The notes below the pieces were generated by a model. It saw nothing but the letters and a program-made list of their open reading frames with translations. It was not told the origin of the DNA and did not search any database. 64,000 nt of DNA from positions 10,230,001 to 10,294,000 of the forward strand of contig JAQFVV010000001.1 of the NCBI GenBank assembly GCA_028023455.1. Reading direction: 5' to 3'. Each line of letters starts with the position of its first letter. The first letter of the stretch is position 1. This DNA is from Epiperipatus broadwayi (lineage: Eukaryota > Animalia > Onychophora). The position numbers and the translations under genes were made by a program. Of this stretch, positions 12,005 through 26,358 are shown piece by piece.

Positions 12005-13399
12005 AAATGATTGTTATTTTATCATTGGCTAATAATAAATTATTAGCTCCGATTCTAATCTATGCAACTGCTATTTTCTCGTTTCACTAATATTTATTTA
12101 TTCATATATAATCTTAAAATGTTTTTATTGCAAAAGGGCCGATAAAGGAATCAAATATATTCTAATTCAAATTTCTGTTACTCGCTATTAAGATTCAGGA
12201 AGGGTACGATGATTGGGGCATAATTAATATGATTTACAAATACTTTAAAATAGTTTTCATTAAAAGCTCGTTTGACTTTAATTAATTGATCAAGTCATCA
12301 CGTAGAGCATTCTATATGAGTTTTAGTATTCAAACAATGATTATCAAGTCATCATCTTTGAACGTTGCTGACGTAGGGCAATCTTCCGCTCCGTTAAGCT
12401 GGTCGGTGATAATATTTCTCTTATTTTAAATTATTGAGAAAAAAAGCACTTCCTCTCCTGTTCATATTAGTCAAAGGGCATAAGACTTGTCAGATGCAAG
12501 CTGCCATAGAACTTCAATCATCGACTAGCTATTATCTTTCAATTTCATTTTATAGCTCATAATTCGTCAGCACTGTTACCTCTCTGTTCCAGTAAAGCCC
12601 ACTCTGATGCTCGTAATTCATGATGAAGTGATTTCAATTAAAGTCAAACAAATTCTCCATTATCTCAAAGTAAATAATTTTTCCAATAAAGATTAAAGTT
12701 ATGCCCTAAAATACGTATCTTGCTCTTCATGAATGAATTTGCGAATGTGAAAATAAATCTCACATTCTGTCGTAATAAAATTAGAGTAATAATTTCCTTT
12801 ACTAATGCTTTTATCTGCCTTTATTTTCTTGTTGGGGGCATAGACATAGAATTCCGATATTGCGTAATACTTGTTGGCATATGATAAGGACCGCCACTCT
12901 GATTATAATTATAAACTATGTTAAAGGCTAGAGGTGATTAATATAATCATTATTTAAAATTCAAACAAAACAAATTATTATTAAATATTTTCTAAACACA
13001 CTTGGTTTCTTAGTTCTTAATTCTTTTATAATTATTTTAATGTTAATACTCGCTGTCTGTGTTGGCCATCTGAACATATGCATATGATTCAATTTAAAAT
13101 CATTTTTAGTCAGTTTATTATCAGATATTAATGTCAGTTCAGGGGTCTCTGATCCTCACCAACCGTTGAGCTAGTTTCTTGGCGCATAGCACTGTGCCGT
13201 CAATTTCTACTAATCTGAGCTAGTGAGTTGGGTTTGAATTCAGTTTGATTCAGTTGAGTTTGGATCTGACTTGCAGTTCTTTTGGTGGGTTTTTTGACTG
13301 ATACAGTACCCAAGTGTTCTATATCCAAAAAGCTATAAATTTATGCATCAATTGTTCAAAGGTTCCTAGCAGTATGATCTCTGTTACAAATAATCCCTA

Positions 13400-13800
13400 C
13401 TGACATTCCTCCCCCTCTATCAGCTTCATTTTTCACCACACTTTACTAATCAATTCTATCAGCATACAACTAATCAACATTTCCCCAGACTAATAAATAC
13501 ACATACTAGCAAACATATGCTATACTATATCCGAAAACCAACAAAGATTTTCATTCTCCCATGCTTGGTGTCAATAACCATCAGCTACATCACTCCATCA
13601 AAAGATGGTCCCTAGCAACTAAATTTTTCCAATTTCTTAGTTTGTCTTAATCTACATGCATTGTTGACATCTCATTTTCTCTGGTATCAATATTTGTATA
13701 AAAATATAAATCCATTTTGCATCTTATGTCATATGGCAGAGAAAACTCAACAACACCTCTTCTAGCAGTATCAAGCCCTCGATCAAACAAGGACTATCAC
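13400..13800 (+). mobile_element. 3' fragment of an L1/Tx1-like LINE (C-terminal CCHC finger)
   Basis: NINPFCILCHMAEKTQQHLF at ~13705-13765 resembles the CxxC..ET..H.F finger seen in the other L1/Tx1 copies. Confidence 0.5.
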
Positions 13801-14750
13801 GTTAAATATATACAGACAACCAGTTACATCCATAAAACAGCAAATGCACTCCTATCAGAAAATACACTCCACCACAGTACATGGAACAATTTTCACCCTG
13901 TATGCTGGTGCACTCATTGCATCTTCACCATTGGCAACAACTAAATACACCCAGCTACATTCATCAATAAGATCCTACAAATCAAGGCCCAGAACAACAA
14001 TACTGTAACCCCAGATATTTGTTTTGCCACTTGGTCACTACTAAAACAACCATCCAATCTATAAAGGTCATAGTCTAATAATAACTGCATTAAATAGCAT
14101 TCAATGGTTCCATCCTTACTCTCAATAAAGCTCATCTTCATTAACTCCCTTGAACACCATCCACTACCAGATTACAGAATTAATTTCCCATCTATCGCAA
14201 TCCATCAGCTGTTACCATATGTAATTCTACTCTGAACTGACTTTGTTCTTTGTACAGAACCCAGAGCTTGGATTATAAGTTCCATTCCTATTGTACTCCA
14301 AGATTAATAATTAAAAGAACAATAATCAAGATTAATGTAGTGACTAAATAATTTCCAATATACCAGATTTTACAATCTTAGGTCACATCTACATATCTAT
14401 AAAGTTAAGTTTTATATTGAACTATATTTTTAAGATTTTAATGATTAAAATTGACATCCATTTCTGTATCCAAAACTAATAGCAGCTTTGTAACAAAATA
14501 TACCTTAAAACCTGATTAATGTAATCTTTAAAATTAATCCATATAAAAACCTGTACATGTTTGCAACTGTAACCCTTACAATCAATATTATGTAATGCTA
14601 AGTAACCCAAAGGATTATAAACATTGTTCTTGCATTATCACAACAATTACAATAGCAGCAAACAGCAACAACATCTTGAGAAAGAGAAGGAAAAGGAGAA
14701 GAGAAGGATGATGATAACGATATTAGTATTATTATTACAACAGCAGCAGT

Positions 14751-14805
14751 GATGATGATGATGATAATAATGATGATGATGATTATGATGATGATGATGA
14801 TGATA
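14751..14805. repeat. (GAT/AAT)n microsatellite
   Basis: Directly visible trinucleotide run; it explains the poly-Ile pseudo-ORF 14598-14966. Confidence 0.95.
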
Positions 14806-15283
14806 ACAATAATTGTTTGTTTATATAGTAAAAATACAAAAACTATTTTTAAAATGTAATGGAAGAAGAAATATATTAGATATTCTTTTAAAACCTGGTT
14901 TTGTTTATATAAGCAAGGATTCAATTTCAAGTTAAAAGTGAAATTATAAGAGATAAAAGAAAACATACATATGAAGGTAGTTATAATTTTTCACAATCTT
15001 GAGATGAAATAACTTTCACAATATAATTTCTCACAAATACATTTATGCAATAATAAAACAGGAAGGTAGTAAAGTTGTAAGGGCTCATTCAGAAAATCTG
15101 AACATATATATGATCCTTTATATTCATGCACTTTTTATTAATTTTATAATATGTGAACTAAGTAATTACTTAGCTACACCGGTAATTTAGCAAGTATTAA
15201 TTTAAATAAAGATTGCAGTTATTATTATAAATAAAAATAAATGAACTATTATTAAATACTAATAAAAGAATCAAATAATTTAC

Positions 15284-15347
15284 CTCTCTGCATGAGTAAG
15301 ATTTTTTGCTTCTTGCATAATTTCACTTAACAATACTGTAACATCAT
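15284..15347 (-). CDS. PDE2: PDE2-type phosphodiesterase, 64-nt internal exon (start of GAF-B)
   Basis: Strong polypyrimidine acceptor (T-run..gcattatag|) and GAG|gtaaat donor. Reads (D)[20 protein letters not shown](R) (PDE2A: [21 protein letters not shown]). Confidence 0.92.
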
Positions 15348-15699
15348 CTATAATGCAAAAAAAAAAAAAAGAGAAAATTCTAAAACACTATATTTAATAT
15401 ATAATGTAAAATTCTCTTTGTGCTTAAAAAAATTGAGGTTATAAATAAAATTTTTGAAAAAGAATAAATGCAAAAAATATAGAAAAATAAGATATAAAAA
15501 AACATAAAATATGATAAATCAAGAACTATAATGGCTTCAACAAATAACTTTTTTTTTACATAATTTTCTTATTGAAAAAAGTTCTGTATTTTCAATTATA
15601 TATTCACTAAATAGTTTCCAATTTTTAAAAACAACAAAAATAAAAAAGATTGAAATTAATTTCAAGGATTTTGTTGAAGAGTCTGCTTCTAGTCATAGA

Positions 15700-17070
15700 T
15701 AAATAGTTACAAAACACTCTATGTGATTTTAAAGATCAAAAAGCAATATAAACACATATTTTTGTTGCCAAGCAAATGCAAAAAAAGGGTAGAGAACAAA
15801 GAAATAATTTATACATTGCTTTTATTGATTTAGTCAATGTATTTGATTCAGTTAATAGGACAGGTCTATGAAATTGTTTGAAATTAGTTGGTTTTCCACC
15901 AAAATTTATTCATTTTACATATCTTCTATAAAATGAAATGAGAGGAAAGTTTATTACCATAGGTGGAAAATCTGTGGCATTTAAAATGAAAATTGATGTT
16001 AAACAAGGATATATAACTGCTTCAACATTGTTTCCTTTTTAATGGAACTGTTTATGGGCAGCTTAATGAAACAGGGATCAAAACACAATACTAGTTTGAT
16101 GGGGGAAATTCTTAATTTGAATTAATTAAAAGTGAAAACAAGAACTCTTTTCCCGGATTTATGATATAGTGATGATTGTGTTATTTTTCCAATTCAAAAG
16201 ACAATTTACAAAATTTACTCAATATTTTGGATACAACATGTAGCAACTTTGATTTATTAATTAAAGTTCAAAATAATCAAATTCCTTATTAGCCAGTGAT
16301 AAAAGAAAAATCCCCAGTAACTTTTAGCTACGATGATTAGAAAGTAAATCAGTTTAAATATCTTGATAGTTTAATAAATAAAAAGGTGGACTTAGTTTTT
16401 GAGGCACAACATAAATCTCAATGTCTTGCTGCTGATTTTAAGAAGTTAAAACATGAGTATTTCATCACATGGAAATACTTATTGCAACTAAGTTAAAGAA
16501 CTGTTATTTTACCAAGTTTATTAGATGGAAGTGAGCCATGGACACCCTATCAGCATAATATAAAGGGCATTAAAGAAATTTCATTTGAAGATGCTTTGTA
16601 AAATTTTAAAAATACAATGGTATGATCATATAATCAATCAACGTTCTTCAACTTGCTGAATGTAATACTATAGAGTCTATTATAGTAAATTCACACCTTT
16701 GCTGAATTGGACATTTAAAACAAATGAACAATACATGACTTCCTGAAAGAATGTTGCATGGTCAACTTGAGCATAGTTGTCATGGGAGTAGATCCCATCT
16801 GTGTTATAAGAATCAGGTCAAAGACATTCTAATGAAGAATGTCAATTATTTCCACTAGAAAGATATGGCAGAAAATAACAATAATGGAGAGCTATAATTA
16901 ACATGGTGTTAAAATATTTGAAAAAAAAAAACAGTTTTCTTCTGAAAAAATTAAACAACAACCTAAAATATCAAGTAAATAGAAAAATAAACCAGCAAGT
17001 TCTATGTGTGGATGTAATTATAGTTCACAGATTAGTTAGTATAGTCATTGCAAAACTCATTTCTAGGGCT
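15700..17070 (+). mobile_element. RTE (BovB-like) LINE, 5'-truncated and decayed
   Basis: KQMQKKGREQRNNLYIAFIDLVNVFDSVNR (~15770-15860), VKQG (~16000), YSDD (~16165), LPERMLHGQL (~16740) and terminal CGCNYSSQI..YSHCKTH (~17010-17060). Confidence 0.8.
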
Positions 17071-18889
17071 TCTCTCATTCTTTTTCCTTTCCTCTCTCCT
17101 TTTTGGAATTGAAATGGCCATATTTATTTATGAGTGGCTATTTATTTATTATTATTATTTTAATAGCATAAATTTCAAATAAAATCAGATACATTCATCC
17201 TTTCACTTTACAATGGGTTCTTAATTTTATAATGAATTGCAAACTCTACTAAAAATTTTGTTTCTTTACAAACATACCAATTTCCTTTTATTACAACACA
17301 AAAGTATTCACAGTTTGTCATCAAAATAAAAATTTCCAATTTCCATAAATAATTCCTGTATTTACTTCTATTTTGTTTTAATTCAAATTTTTGTTGGTAT
17401 GGAATTTTTTTCCTATTAAAATTCTTTGACCTTTTAATCAATTACTGCAAACTGAGAAACATTTTGTCTATACCCAGGCTTGTATAAAGCATTTATTAGT
17501 ATTTTTATTTACAAAAATATCCATTTCCTTTAATAATTTGCTATTTGACTTTTATTAAAAAAATTTATTTAGCCAGAATTTATTTTAATTCCAAGTTCTC
17601 TCAAAATAGTTTTTAAATAAAAAATAGATGAACAAAAATTATTAGTCTTTACTGATTCTATAAAGTTTTTCAATCAATATTAAACTCTTCAGAGACTTTT
17701 TGTAAAAATCAATTTAATTTTCTTTCATTTGCAAAAAAAAAAAAAGCATTCTGTGTATTTTTATATATTAGTCATTTTCAAGTTAGACAAATATGATTAA
17801 GTGATTTTTTTTATTGCTTTAATTTAAAAAACTGTTATAATTATTTTAAACAATTCTAAAATAACAACAATAAAAAAAAAAATAAAAGAAATAAATATGA
17901 AGAACTGAAATTTCAAATATATATTTTTAAAAAGCAATGACTTTCATGGTCACACTATAAAAGAAAAATTATTCTCATTTATAAAAAAAATAAATAGAGC
18001 TTTAGAACTATATGTGCAGGAAGGTTTAATACGAAATTATATTACCAGATAATTTCAATAAAACAAAATTCAACATCAAAACATTTTCAAGATTATAGGG
18101 TTAATTATCACTTTGAATTTGATGAACTAAAATTATTATTCTTTACTAATTAATTGTCTTCCCATAAATACTGAACTCCTCTCATGACTTTTTGGTAAAA
18201 AAAATTTTTTATTTACAAAAATTAAGTACTCGGTATATATATAAATCATTTTCGATATGGCAAAATATAAAAACAATAATTAAAAACATAAATAAATAAA
18301 ATTTAAGCCACTAAAAACTTTCAAATTATAATCATGCACTTTTTTTAATGATTAAACATTTTTTTCCGTTCAGGCAAAAAAAAACAACAACAAAGAGACC
18401 AATTTTATAATATAAATGTTGTTTTTTAATTTTTAAATTAAAGCATTATTTACAATAGATATCCCTATTACCTGTTTTCATTAACCAATTAAAAAATATT
18501 GACATTTATTAAATTGTCTCTTCATTAAATATGCTAGAAACACATTTATTGAAAATAATTATTAAATTATTTGTAAATATAGTAGTAAATATATTTTAAC
18601 TAAAAAAAATGTTTTATATTTCTATCTCTGCTATTTTAAGCCCATCTGATAAACAATATGATTAGCACATACATGCAACTGGCTAATAAAATTAAGATTT
18701 GTAATTAAGTATTATTTCCATGTCTGCATTGTGCAGTGATGATCTTTATCTTCATTCCTAACAAATTATGTAAGTATTATTTAAGTAAGAAATATTAATA
18801 TTTAAAAAAGGTGATAAAAAAGAAATTAGAAATTAAGACTTCTCAGTTGTTTACCAGTTTTATATTATAACTTATCTATAACGGACTTT

Positions 18890-19950
18890 GGAATTTAAAT
18901 AACCGGAAAAAAAAGCTGAATTTAAAAGTGATTTTAGCACAGTGAATCATATCCAGATATTGAGAAGTTAAAGCAAGCACCAATGAATATAAGTTACTAT
19001 TATGCTTTGGATTTGTAGATTATGAAAAGGCATTTGATTCTATAAGCATTTCTTTAGTAATTAAATCATTGGATCATCAAGATATAGATCCAGAATAGTG
19101 ACTCCATATCTTCAAAGATTTTCAGCAGTTTTGCAAGAAATATTTTGTGGATTAAAATAGTAAGCTAAGGAAATAAAAGTAAATGAAGATTAATTAAGTC
19201 ATCAAGATTTTGCATATGATGTAATTCTTTTTGCAAATAATACTTTAGAGTTTCAGGAAATGTTGCAAGAATTATCAGATGAAAGGAAGAAAATATGACT
19301 AAAGGTAAATATTAAAAAAGACAAAAGTAAAGTTCAACGGAATTTCTCTTAAGGGGAAAATAAATATTAATAATGATGAGTTAGAAGTTAAAAATTACAA
19401 AAACCTTCATTAGAATATAATTATAGATAGGAACTTAATGAATGAAATTAATCAAAGAATTAAATTTGATTGGATGGCTTTTGGTAGAAATAACTTAAAA
19501 ATAAAAGAAAATATGCCTGTGTTTGAAAAGAAAGGATTTTAATGAATGTGTTATACCAATTCTTACCAATAAATCTGAGACTTGGATACTTAACAGAAAA
19601 TCAATAAACTCAATAAAGTATGGGGAAATGAATGGTAGAAATAACAAGAAGAGAACAAAAACGAAATTCATGGGTGAGGAATAAACAGACATTACTGACA
19701 TTATTGAAAGAAATATGGAAGTGAAGTTGGGCTGGACATATTGCTAGAAGAGATGATAATAGATGGACAGTTAAAATCTTAAATTGGATTCCAAGAGATT
19801 GTAAGAAACCTAAAAAGAAATCATATATGAGATGGATGGATGAAATAAGAAAATGTGTTGAGGTGATGCGGTGAAGAGAAACTAGAGATCAAAGCTGGAT
19901 GGAACTTGGAAAGACATTCATCATGAAGTAGACTGATAATGGTTGACATT
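18890..19950 (+). mobile_element. RTE-clade LINE (second family), 5'-truncated and decayed
   Basis: FSTVNHIQ, CFGFVDYEKAFDSI (~19000-19040), and WAGHIARRDDNRWTVKILNWIPR (~19730-19795); short gat-repeat tail at ~19955. Confidence 0.8.
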
Positions 19951-20204
19951 ATAGTGATGATGATGAATAACTTAAACTTGAAAAATCTTAATTTAAAATA
20001 ATGTAGCTGTCATTAGAAAGCAATTTTCTCTTGCTTGAATTATTCAGAAACTATTTATATGCATTTGTTAAATAAATTAATGCTTATTCTCTCTAAATAA
20101 CTTTTACCAAAAATTTTCTACAAGACATTATACAAACAGATATAAAAATTTAAAATATTGCAGTCAATTCAATCATCATCATCATCATCATCATTATTAT
20201 TATT

Positions 20205-20416
20205 ATTATAAGTATGCGACTTTTTTTTTCGCATTAAATAGTGAAGCTATAATTTTACTCTAATTTATAATAGCTTTGCTAAGCGCTTTCGAGATTTCAT
20301 GTTTGAATCTCATACTCATAGCTTTGTAACTAACGATTGTTATGATTATGCAAATGCGTTTGAATTTTTAATAGCTTCACTATTTAATGCGAAAAAAAAA
20401 GTCACATACTTATAAT
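20205..20416. mobile_element. MITE with about 45 bp TIRs (Tc1/mariner-type TA ends)
   Basis: tataagtatgcgactttttttttcgcattaaatagtgaagctat versus atagcttcactatttaatgcgaaaaaaaaagtcacatacttata; near-perfect arms. Confidence 0.85.
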
Positions 20417-20469
20417 TACAATTTTACTAGTGAAGAGAAAAACAATTTTTTATTATTATTATTATTATT

Positions 20470-20500
<31 letters not shown>

Positions 20501-20601
20501 TATTAAAGTTTATAAAATATACAATATATTAATTCTAAAATACAATTAAAATAAATTATATGCAAATTATTGTAAGTAATAAAAAAAAATGAATATCTTA
20601 C

Positions 20602-20641
20602 CTAAATGAATGAAAAGATTTCTAGCAACTTGTAATAAAGA
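20602..20641 (-). CDS. PDE2: PDE2-type phosphodiesterase, 40-nt internal exon
   Basis: Flanked by atttttag|...TAG|gtaaga. Reads [13 protein letters not shown]+G (PDE2A: ALLQVAKNLFTHLD). Phase 0 in and phase 1 out fit both neighbouring exons. Confidence 0.92.
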
Positions 20642-23049
20642 CTAAAAATTGAATTGAAAATGAAATATATAAAAATAATATGTTTTATGTACTTATAATA
20701 ATTTTACAATAATATTAAAACTAAACAATATAAGCTATTAAATATATATATATATATTTGCTCATAAAAATCATTACAATATAGTGATTAATATATTTAT
20801 TTGCTAAACCCAAGACATTGGACTTGAATCTTGATAAACATATATTTTTTTAAACTTTAAAACAAGCTTACATACTTTATGGATATATAGTGTAATACAA
20901 TAAAAAAACATTTTTTCTAACATTATATATAATTTTCAATGAACCAAACACTGTTAATAAACATTTCAGCACTGCTTTATTTACTAAAATGCTCACTCAA
21001 AAAGGTGCTAAAACGTTTATTACAACATTTGATTCATTAATCAAAACCAAAAATTATATATTTAGACAACTGGCTCATAGATTAGCATAATTATTAGCAA
21101 GAAAATGGTCATTAACCAAGAACAGATATATATTTAGACTGCTGGCTCAAAGGCCAATCTAATTATTAGCACACAAATGCATACCTAGTTATTTTCTAAA
21201 ATATGGAAAAAAATCAAAAACATATACCATCAAAAATTTGATCACTCTCATAAATATTTTCCTTTCCACTATAAAGAGATTTTTAATTATCTTTGCTTTT
21301 CAATGATTATTTACTTATGTTTATGTACCCACAATGTAATCTTCTTTCAACATCATGTTAATTTATAACTAACAATAAAATTTTAAATATTACTTTTAAA
21401 ATATATTTTAAAAGTTTCACAATAATGCAAATGATCACTGAAATATATACACAAAAATATATTAAATCTTTATATATAATATATATCACGTCACATTATG
21501 TATATTAGTTTTTTAATCATTAGTTTAAATCAATATATATTTTATAAAACTGAAATTATTTTATAAAAATTTTAAATAACAGATACAATTATTTAATAAT
21601 TGGATAGCAAAATATCAATATTTATAAAATTATTCTGAAATGTCCCTCTAGTCATGTAATTTCAACATTTTTTTTTAAGAATATAAATAAATCTAAAAAA
21701 ATGGCAATAAATAATTCAGCTATAACAACTATGTATATAATGAGAAAAAATATTTCTTCTTTATGTTTTTTTTGTTATAATGTCAATTATTAAGCTTATT
21801 AAAGTTACATTCATTAATTGATATGATAAGCTCCAAACATTTTTTAAATAACGACTGTGAATATTTGTAATTTGTTAAGGGTAGTTGTCAAAAAAAATAT
21901 TTGAAAAATAATAATAAAATAAATATATTTTTATTCTCACTCTTCAGTAATTTATTGATTATTTAAAAAAAAAAATAATAGAGATAAATAAGAAAAATTT
22001 TAAATAAATATCATTCATTTTTAAAAGAAAAACAAAATAAGATTTTAACATTTTAATAAAAAATATTGTTTTTAATTGAAGTTTTTTTTCCTTTTCCTTT
22101 ATCTTTCTCTAAAACAAAATATAAAGTATTTTTCAAATCAAAGTGTAATTAAAAGATTATACTATTTTTGGGAAATTAAGATAAAAAAAATTACAAAAGA
22201 TGTTTCACTAAATAAGGTATAATAGAAACATTTATTGATTAGTTAAAAATATTTAAAAAAAGATGAGAAATTTTTTTTTGTAAAATCAGATGTAATGTCC
22301 AGGTTTAATGCCATCATGTCTGAGATATGATTGTATGGAGATCAAGTGTTCCAAAAAATAAGGTAGGGGCAGATTAAAGCAGTAAATCTCAATATCTAGT
22401 GAGGAACAGAGGAGCATTGTTTTAGCTATAGAGAGAAGAAGAGTAGTAATCATGCATCTGTGAAGACAGTGAAATTTTAAGTTTTTAGTCTGAAGTAAGA
22501 CTAATCTCACTATTTAAATATTTTTTTTCTTATAATGGATTTTGAAAAGATTATGTGCTAAGCTTTAGTTAGAAGCTGAGTATCACCAAATCACATCAAG
22601 TAGTCTGTTAAGTAGAAGAAAATATAAAAGAATTCCCATTAGGAGAAATCTGCAACAAGCTTTATATATTCCATCCAAAAACATGACTGTCTCAATTTGT
22701 ATTAGCCTAACTGCATATTATTCGAAAATGTATAAATTCAGCCTGTACTAACCTGAAAATTATATTATTAAAATTGATAAATTTAACTATGTTTATCTAC
22801 TCTAAAAATCTGTGTTAATGGAGAAGTTAGCGTAATAAAAATTTGAACCTATATAAGGAAACATACTAGAAAAAAATAATTATTTAAAATCAATATTGGA
22901 ACTTACAAAAAAAAAAAAAGCCAACATGAAAGAAATTGAAAGTTATAATTACAAAAGGACTAAAAAAAAATAAAACCATGATAAATAAGATATAGTTGAT
23001 GTCAAATAAATATGACTATTTCAATTTGAGAATAAAAAATAATAATATG

Positions 23050-24545
23050 CAAATAACTAAAAAGTTTGAATGTGCAAAAATAATTTATGGAACACAAATA
23101 CATCTCCAGAATGGTGCTTCTTTATCTGATACTTATTGTAATTGTTAATGTTATTTAATTCTTCTGCAGTAAATGCTTATGAAAGATTTTAATAATACTT
23201 GACGTAATTGTAACTAGCAAAATCCTAAATAAGTTTTATCTCTTCTACAAAAATCATAATTAAATTCATCATAAAAATACTTTTTTGGAATTATTCCTTC
23301 ACATAATCAACCCAATAAAAATTTACTCTTAAAATAATATTCACTTCATCACACATCAAAAAACTTAAGAATATAGTAATTACCATCATATTTCAGAATA
23401 ATATTGTGTATCCTTAAATAGAAATTTCTGATATCTTTATATGATATCAAAAGAAAATCTATCTCTTAATTATATATAGTAACTTTGTCATGAATAACAG
23501 GCATATGTAAAACTAATTTAATTGAAGAAATTTATCATCATAATAAAATATTTTTTAACATATTAAATACAGTAGCAACATATTAAACTTTGCTTTTCCG
23601 TGTATACTGATCCACATTCTCAAGATGATAACAATTCAACTAAACATTGTAAATATATGTCTTTCATCATGACTGAATAAAAGATTGGAGTTTTTTTTTT
23701 AACATTAATTTGTAAAGCAAAGTCTTAATATAAATATTAAAAACAGTAGTAGATCATTCTTTGAGTTAAAAAGAACAGCACGATCAACTGTAAATCTAGA
23801 AGTCACCAATAAAATATTTTGTCATTAATCAGTTCTAATTTGCATTTTGATGCTTACTTTATAAAGTTATCTGAAAATTACTCCAAAATTAGACACAAAA
23901 ATGTTAAAATAATGATGGAGCTAAAACATATCGTTATTTAATACCAGTTTTCACTTCAAGTACCTTATATTTTCATCATCAGTAATAATGAGTCATTTTA
24001 TACTAACATGCAGAATCTATGTTAAATGAATAAACTTACATTGACAAACAGATATTTTCAAATAATGCTACAAAAATTTTCAATTTGAAACAAGTTAAAC
24101 AATAAGAATAATATATAATCATATAATTTCTGATAAAACTTTTCTTGCATTTATCTGATGAAAGAAATCATTTCTGCAATGCTTCGGGATTATTTCATAC
24201 TATACTGACTGATACCAGTAAGCATTCGTTTATGAATGCTAGCAACCAATTCAACAAAATTCTTAAAAGTACTTTTACTGTAGCAGATATCAATAAGATT
24301 CTATGATAATTACTGCAGTCTTTTATATTCCTTTATTTTTATAAATTGAATCAATAAGATTCTTAATATCAAGTGCCAAAACTTCAAGAATTTGTAAAAC
24401 TATTAAAAAAAATCCATTAATTTATGAAGTTAACATGTCACCATTATATTTTAAAACTTTTCCAAGTATTTCAACAAAATATACAATTTTCCTATTTTAA
24501 AGATTACAAAGGTCTTCTTTTAATTTCATTAAATTGGATATCTAA
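23050..24545 (-). mobile_element. RTE LINE remnant, heavily decayed
   Basis: Minus strand IDSIYKNKG..DCSNYHRILLISATVKVLLRILLNWLL (~24240-24355) matches RT domain 1 of RTE elements (IVPIYK.KGD..DCSNYRGISLLS..GK). Confidence 0.6.
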
Positions 24546-24547
24546 AA

Positions 24548-25093
24548 ATGAGGGTAACAAAAATTATTCACACTCCTGATTGTAGAATTTATTTTAATCA
24601 ACTTTCAGAAAAAGACAAATACCTCATTTTTCAACTTAATCTTTCTGCTTCTTAATATACTTTATCCACCTGACAAAGCTTTTGTATTCCCTCATGAAAA
24701 ATGTTTCAGGGTGAATTTTGAGCTCTAAATGTACCATTGTTTTCAGGGCACCAAATAGGTGATAGTCCGATGGGGCAAGATCAAGACTATAGGAAGGATA
24801 CTCCAAAACCTCAAAATGGGCATTCATCTTCTTTACAGCTAACACTTCTGCAATCTAACTTGAACTTCTCTATGTATTCATCCACATTTCTTTATAAAAA
24901 AACATTTTCTCCATATTGTAGACAAAGTCTTTGTAAAATATTGGCACTAGACAAACTCTCAGATCACACAAAATGAATCATGGTATGCTGCTCTTCTTTC
25001 ATGCAAATCACAAGTGGGACAGCCATTGTTTCTTGCTGATAAGACTGTGAAGCCAACAAAAACTGGAATGCAGATAATTTTTGACTCACTCTA
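24548..25093 (-). mobile_element. Internally deleted mariner transposon (about 545 bp)
   Basis: N-terminus MAVPLVICMKEEQHTMIHF..LQRLCLQYGENV (from 25026) is joined almost directly to C-terminal YPSYSLDLAPSDYHLFGALK (YSPDLAP motif). Degenerate TIRs gagggtaacaaaaattatt and the reverse complement of gagtgagtcaaaaattatc. Confidence 0.8.
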
Positions 25094-26358
25094 AAAGCAA
25101 TCAATTTTACATCATTATTTTAAACAGATCATAATATTTATTCCATCCATTGAAATTTGCCTATTATTATATAAAAAATTGTCATTCTCTGATGTAATAA
25201 AATAATGATCATTACACTCCATGATATGCTAAAAAAAATCTAAAGTACTGTTATTACAAAATGGCTATATTCTTTATTGTTTTAAACTACTAATTATTCT
25301 TAAATCTTCTCTATTTGTATCTGTATATTGTTTATGAAGCTTCACTATGATTTTATTATTCTATGATAAAAAGAATGCCATATTCCCTTTTAATCAAATC
25401 ATTAATAACATAAAATGTCTCTTTTTAGTAAACACAGGGACAGGCTTAGCTATTGTCACAAACAGTTAATAGAATTTCATACTTTAACTATATGGTCATT
25501 TTAATAGATATTTTATTTATGGGCTACCGAAACTTGGCATAATTATCTGTCATTTATAAATAAACAATAATAAATTGTCTACCAATGTTTCAGATTAGGC
25601 TTTTTAATATAACTCTAATTTTATTTGAATCATATCAATCAATGATAAATCCACAAAGTCTCATTTAATATTAACATTTTTTTTTCATTTTGATTCAAAA
25701 CTAACTATGAAGTAATCGATAACATTATATTGTTCAGAATAAATTCAAGATCCTTTCTAGTGATTTATCTACCTAAACTGAGTAATGTGACAATTAGAAC
25801 TATGAATTAACTTCTATATACAGCATTGAAGTTACATAAATTTTAAATGACTTTAAAATTATTGATTATTGTTTTTATCAGAATGTGCACTAAAGTCTCC
25901 AAAAAAAAAAAAAAACTGATTCTGTAATAACACTGATGCAACAATACTTTACAACAAAAAAATAATAACTTTCCTTCTCTGTACTTTTTGAATCTAATAT
26001 TAAAGTATAGGCATATATTTTAGTATAACATTAGCACTTCACTGATAATTCTAAGATATTCATAATAAAAGAAACCAACTTTGACCTTGCTGTAAGTAGT
26101 AACACAGTGTAGTCTTTTATCAATTAATGGTCTTGCTTTTCCAAAATATTTACAACCATCAACTTCTTTTATTAAACTTTCTTCTGAAAGATTAGTTTTA
26201 TTAAGAGTAGTTGCATGTTCGTCTTTAAATTTTGGTAATTCCTTAACAACAAGCATTTTGGTTTTGAGGTTTTCATGTCAAAATTCATTCATTCTATATA
26301 GACACATTTGGAAAAAAAAAAAAAATTATTATTTTCACTATTTCCTATTTTGCAACTG

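Noticed and set aside
12580-12660. GAG|gtaac donor with a short MNYEHQSGLYWNRE frame in the CpG island
   Set aside because: Its phase does not fit the known exon chain and there is no homology; it cannot be supported without RNA data.
14598-14966. 122-aa ORF with poly-Ile, resembling a membrane protein
   Set aside because: It is the translation of a (GAT/AAT)n microsatellite and AT-rich intron.
26020-26256. Possible Tc1 transposase N-terminal HTH relic
   Set aside because: Only vague resemblance; no TIR or DDE motif found.
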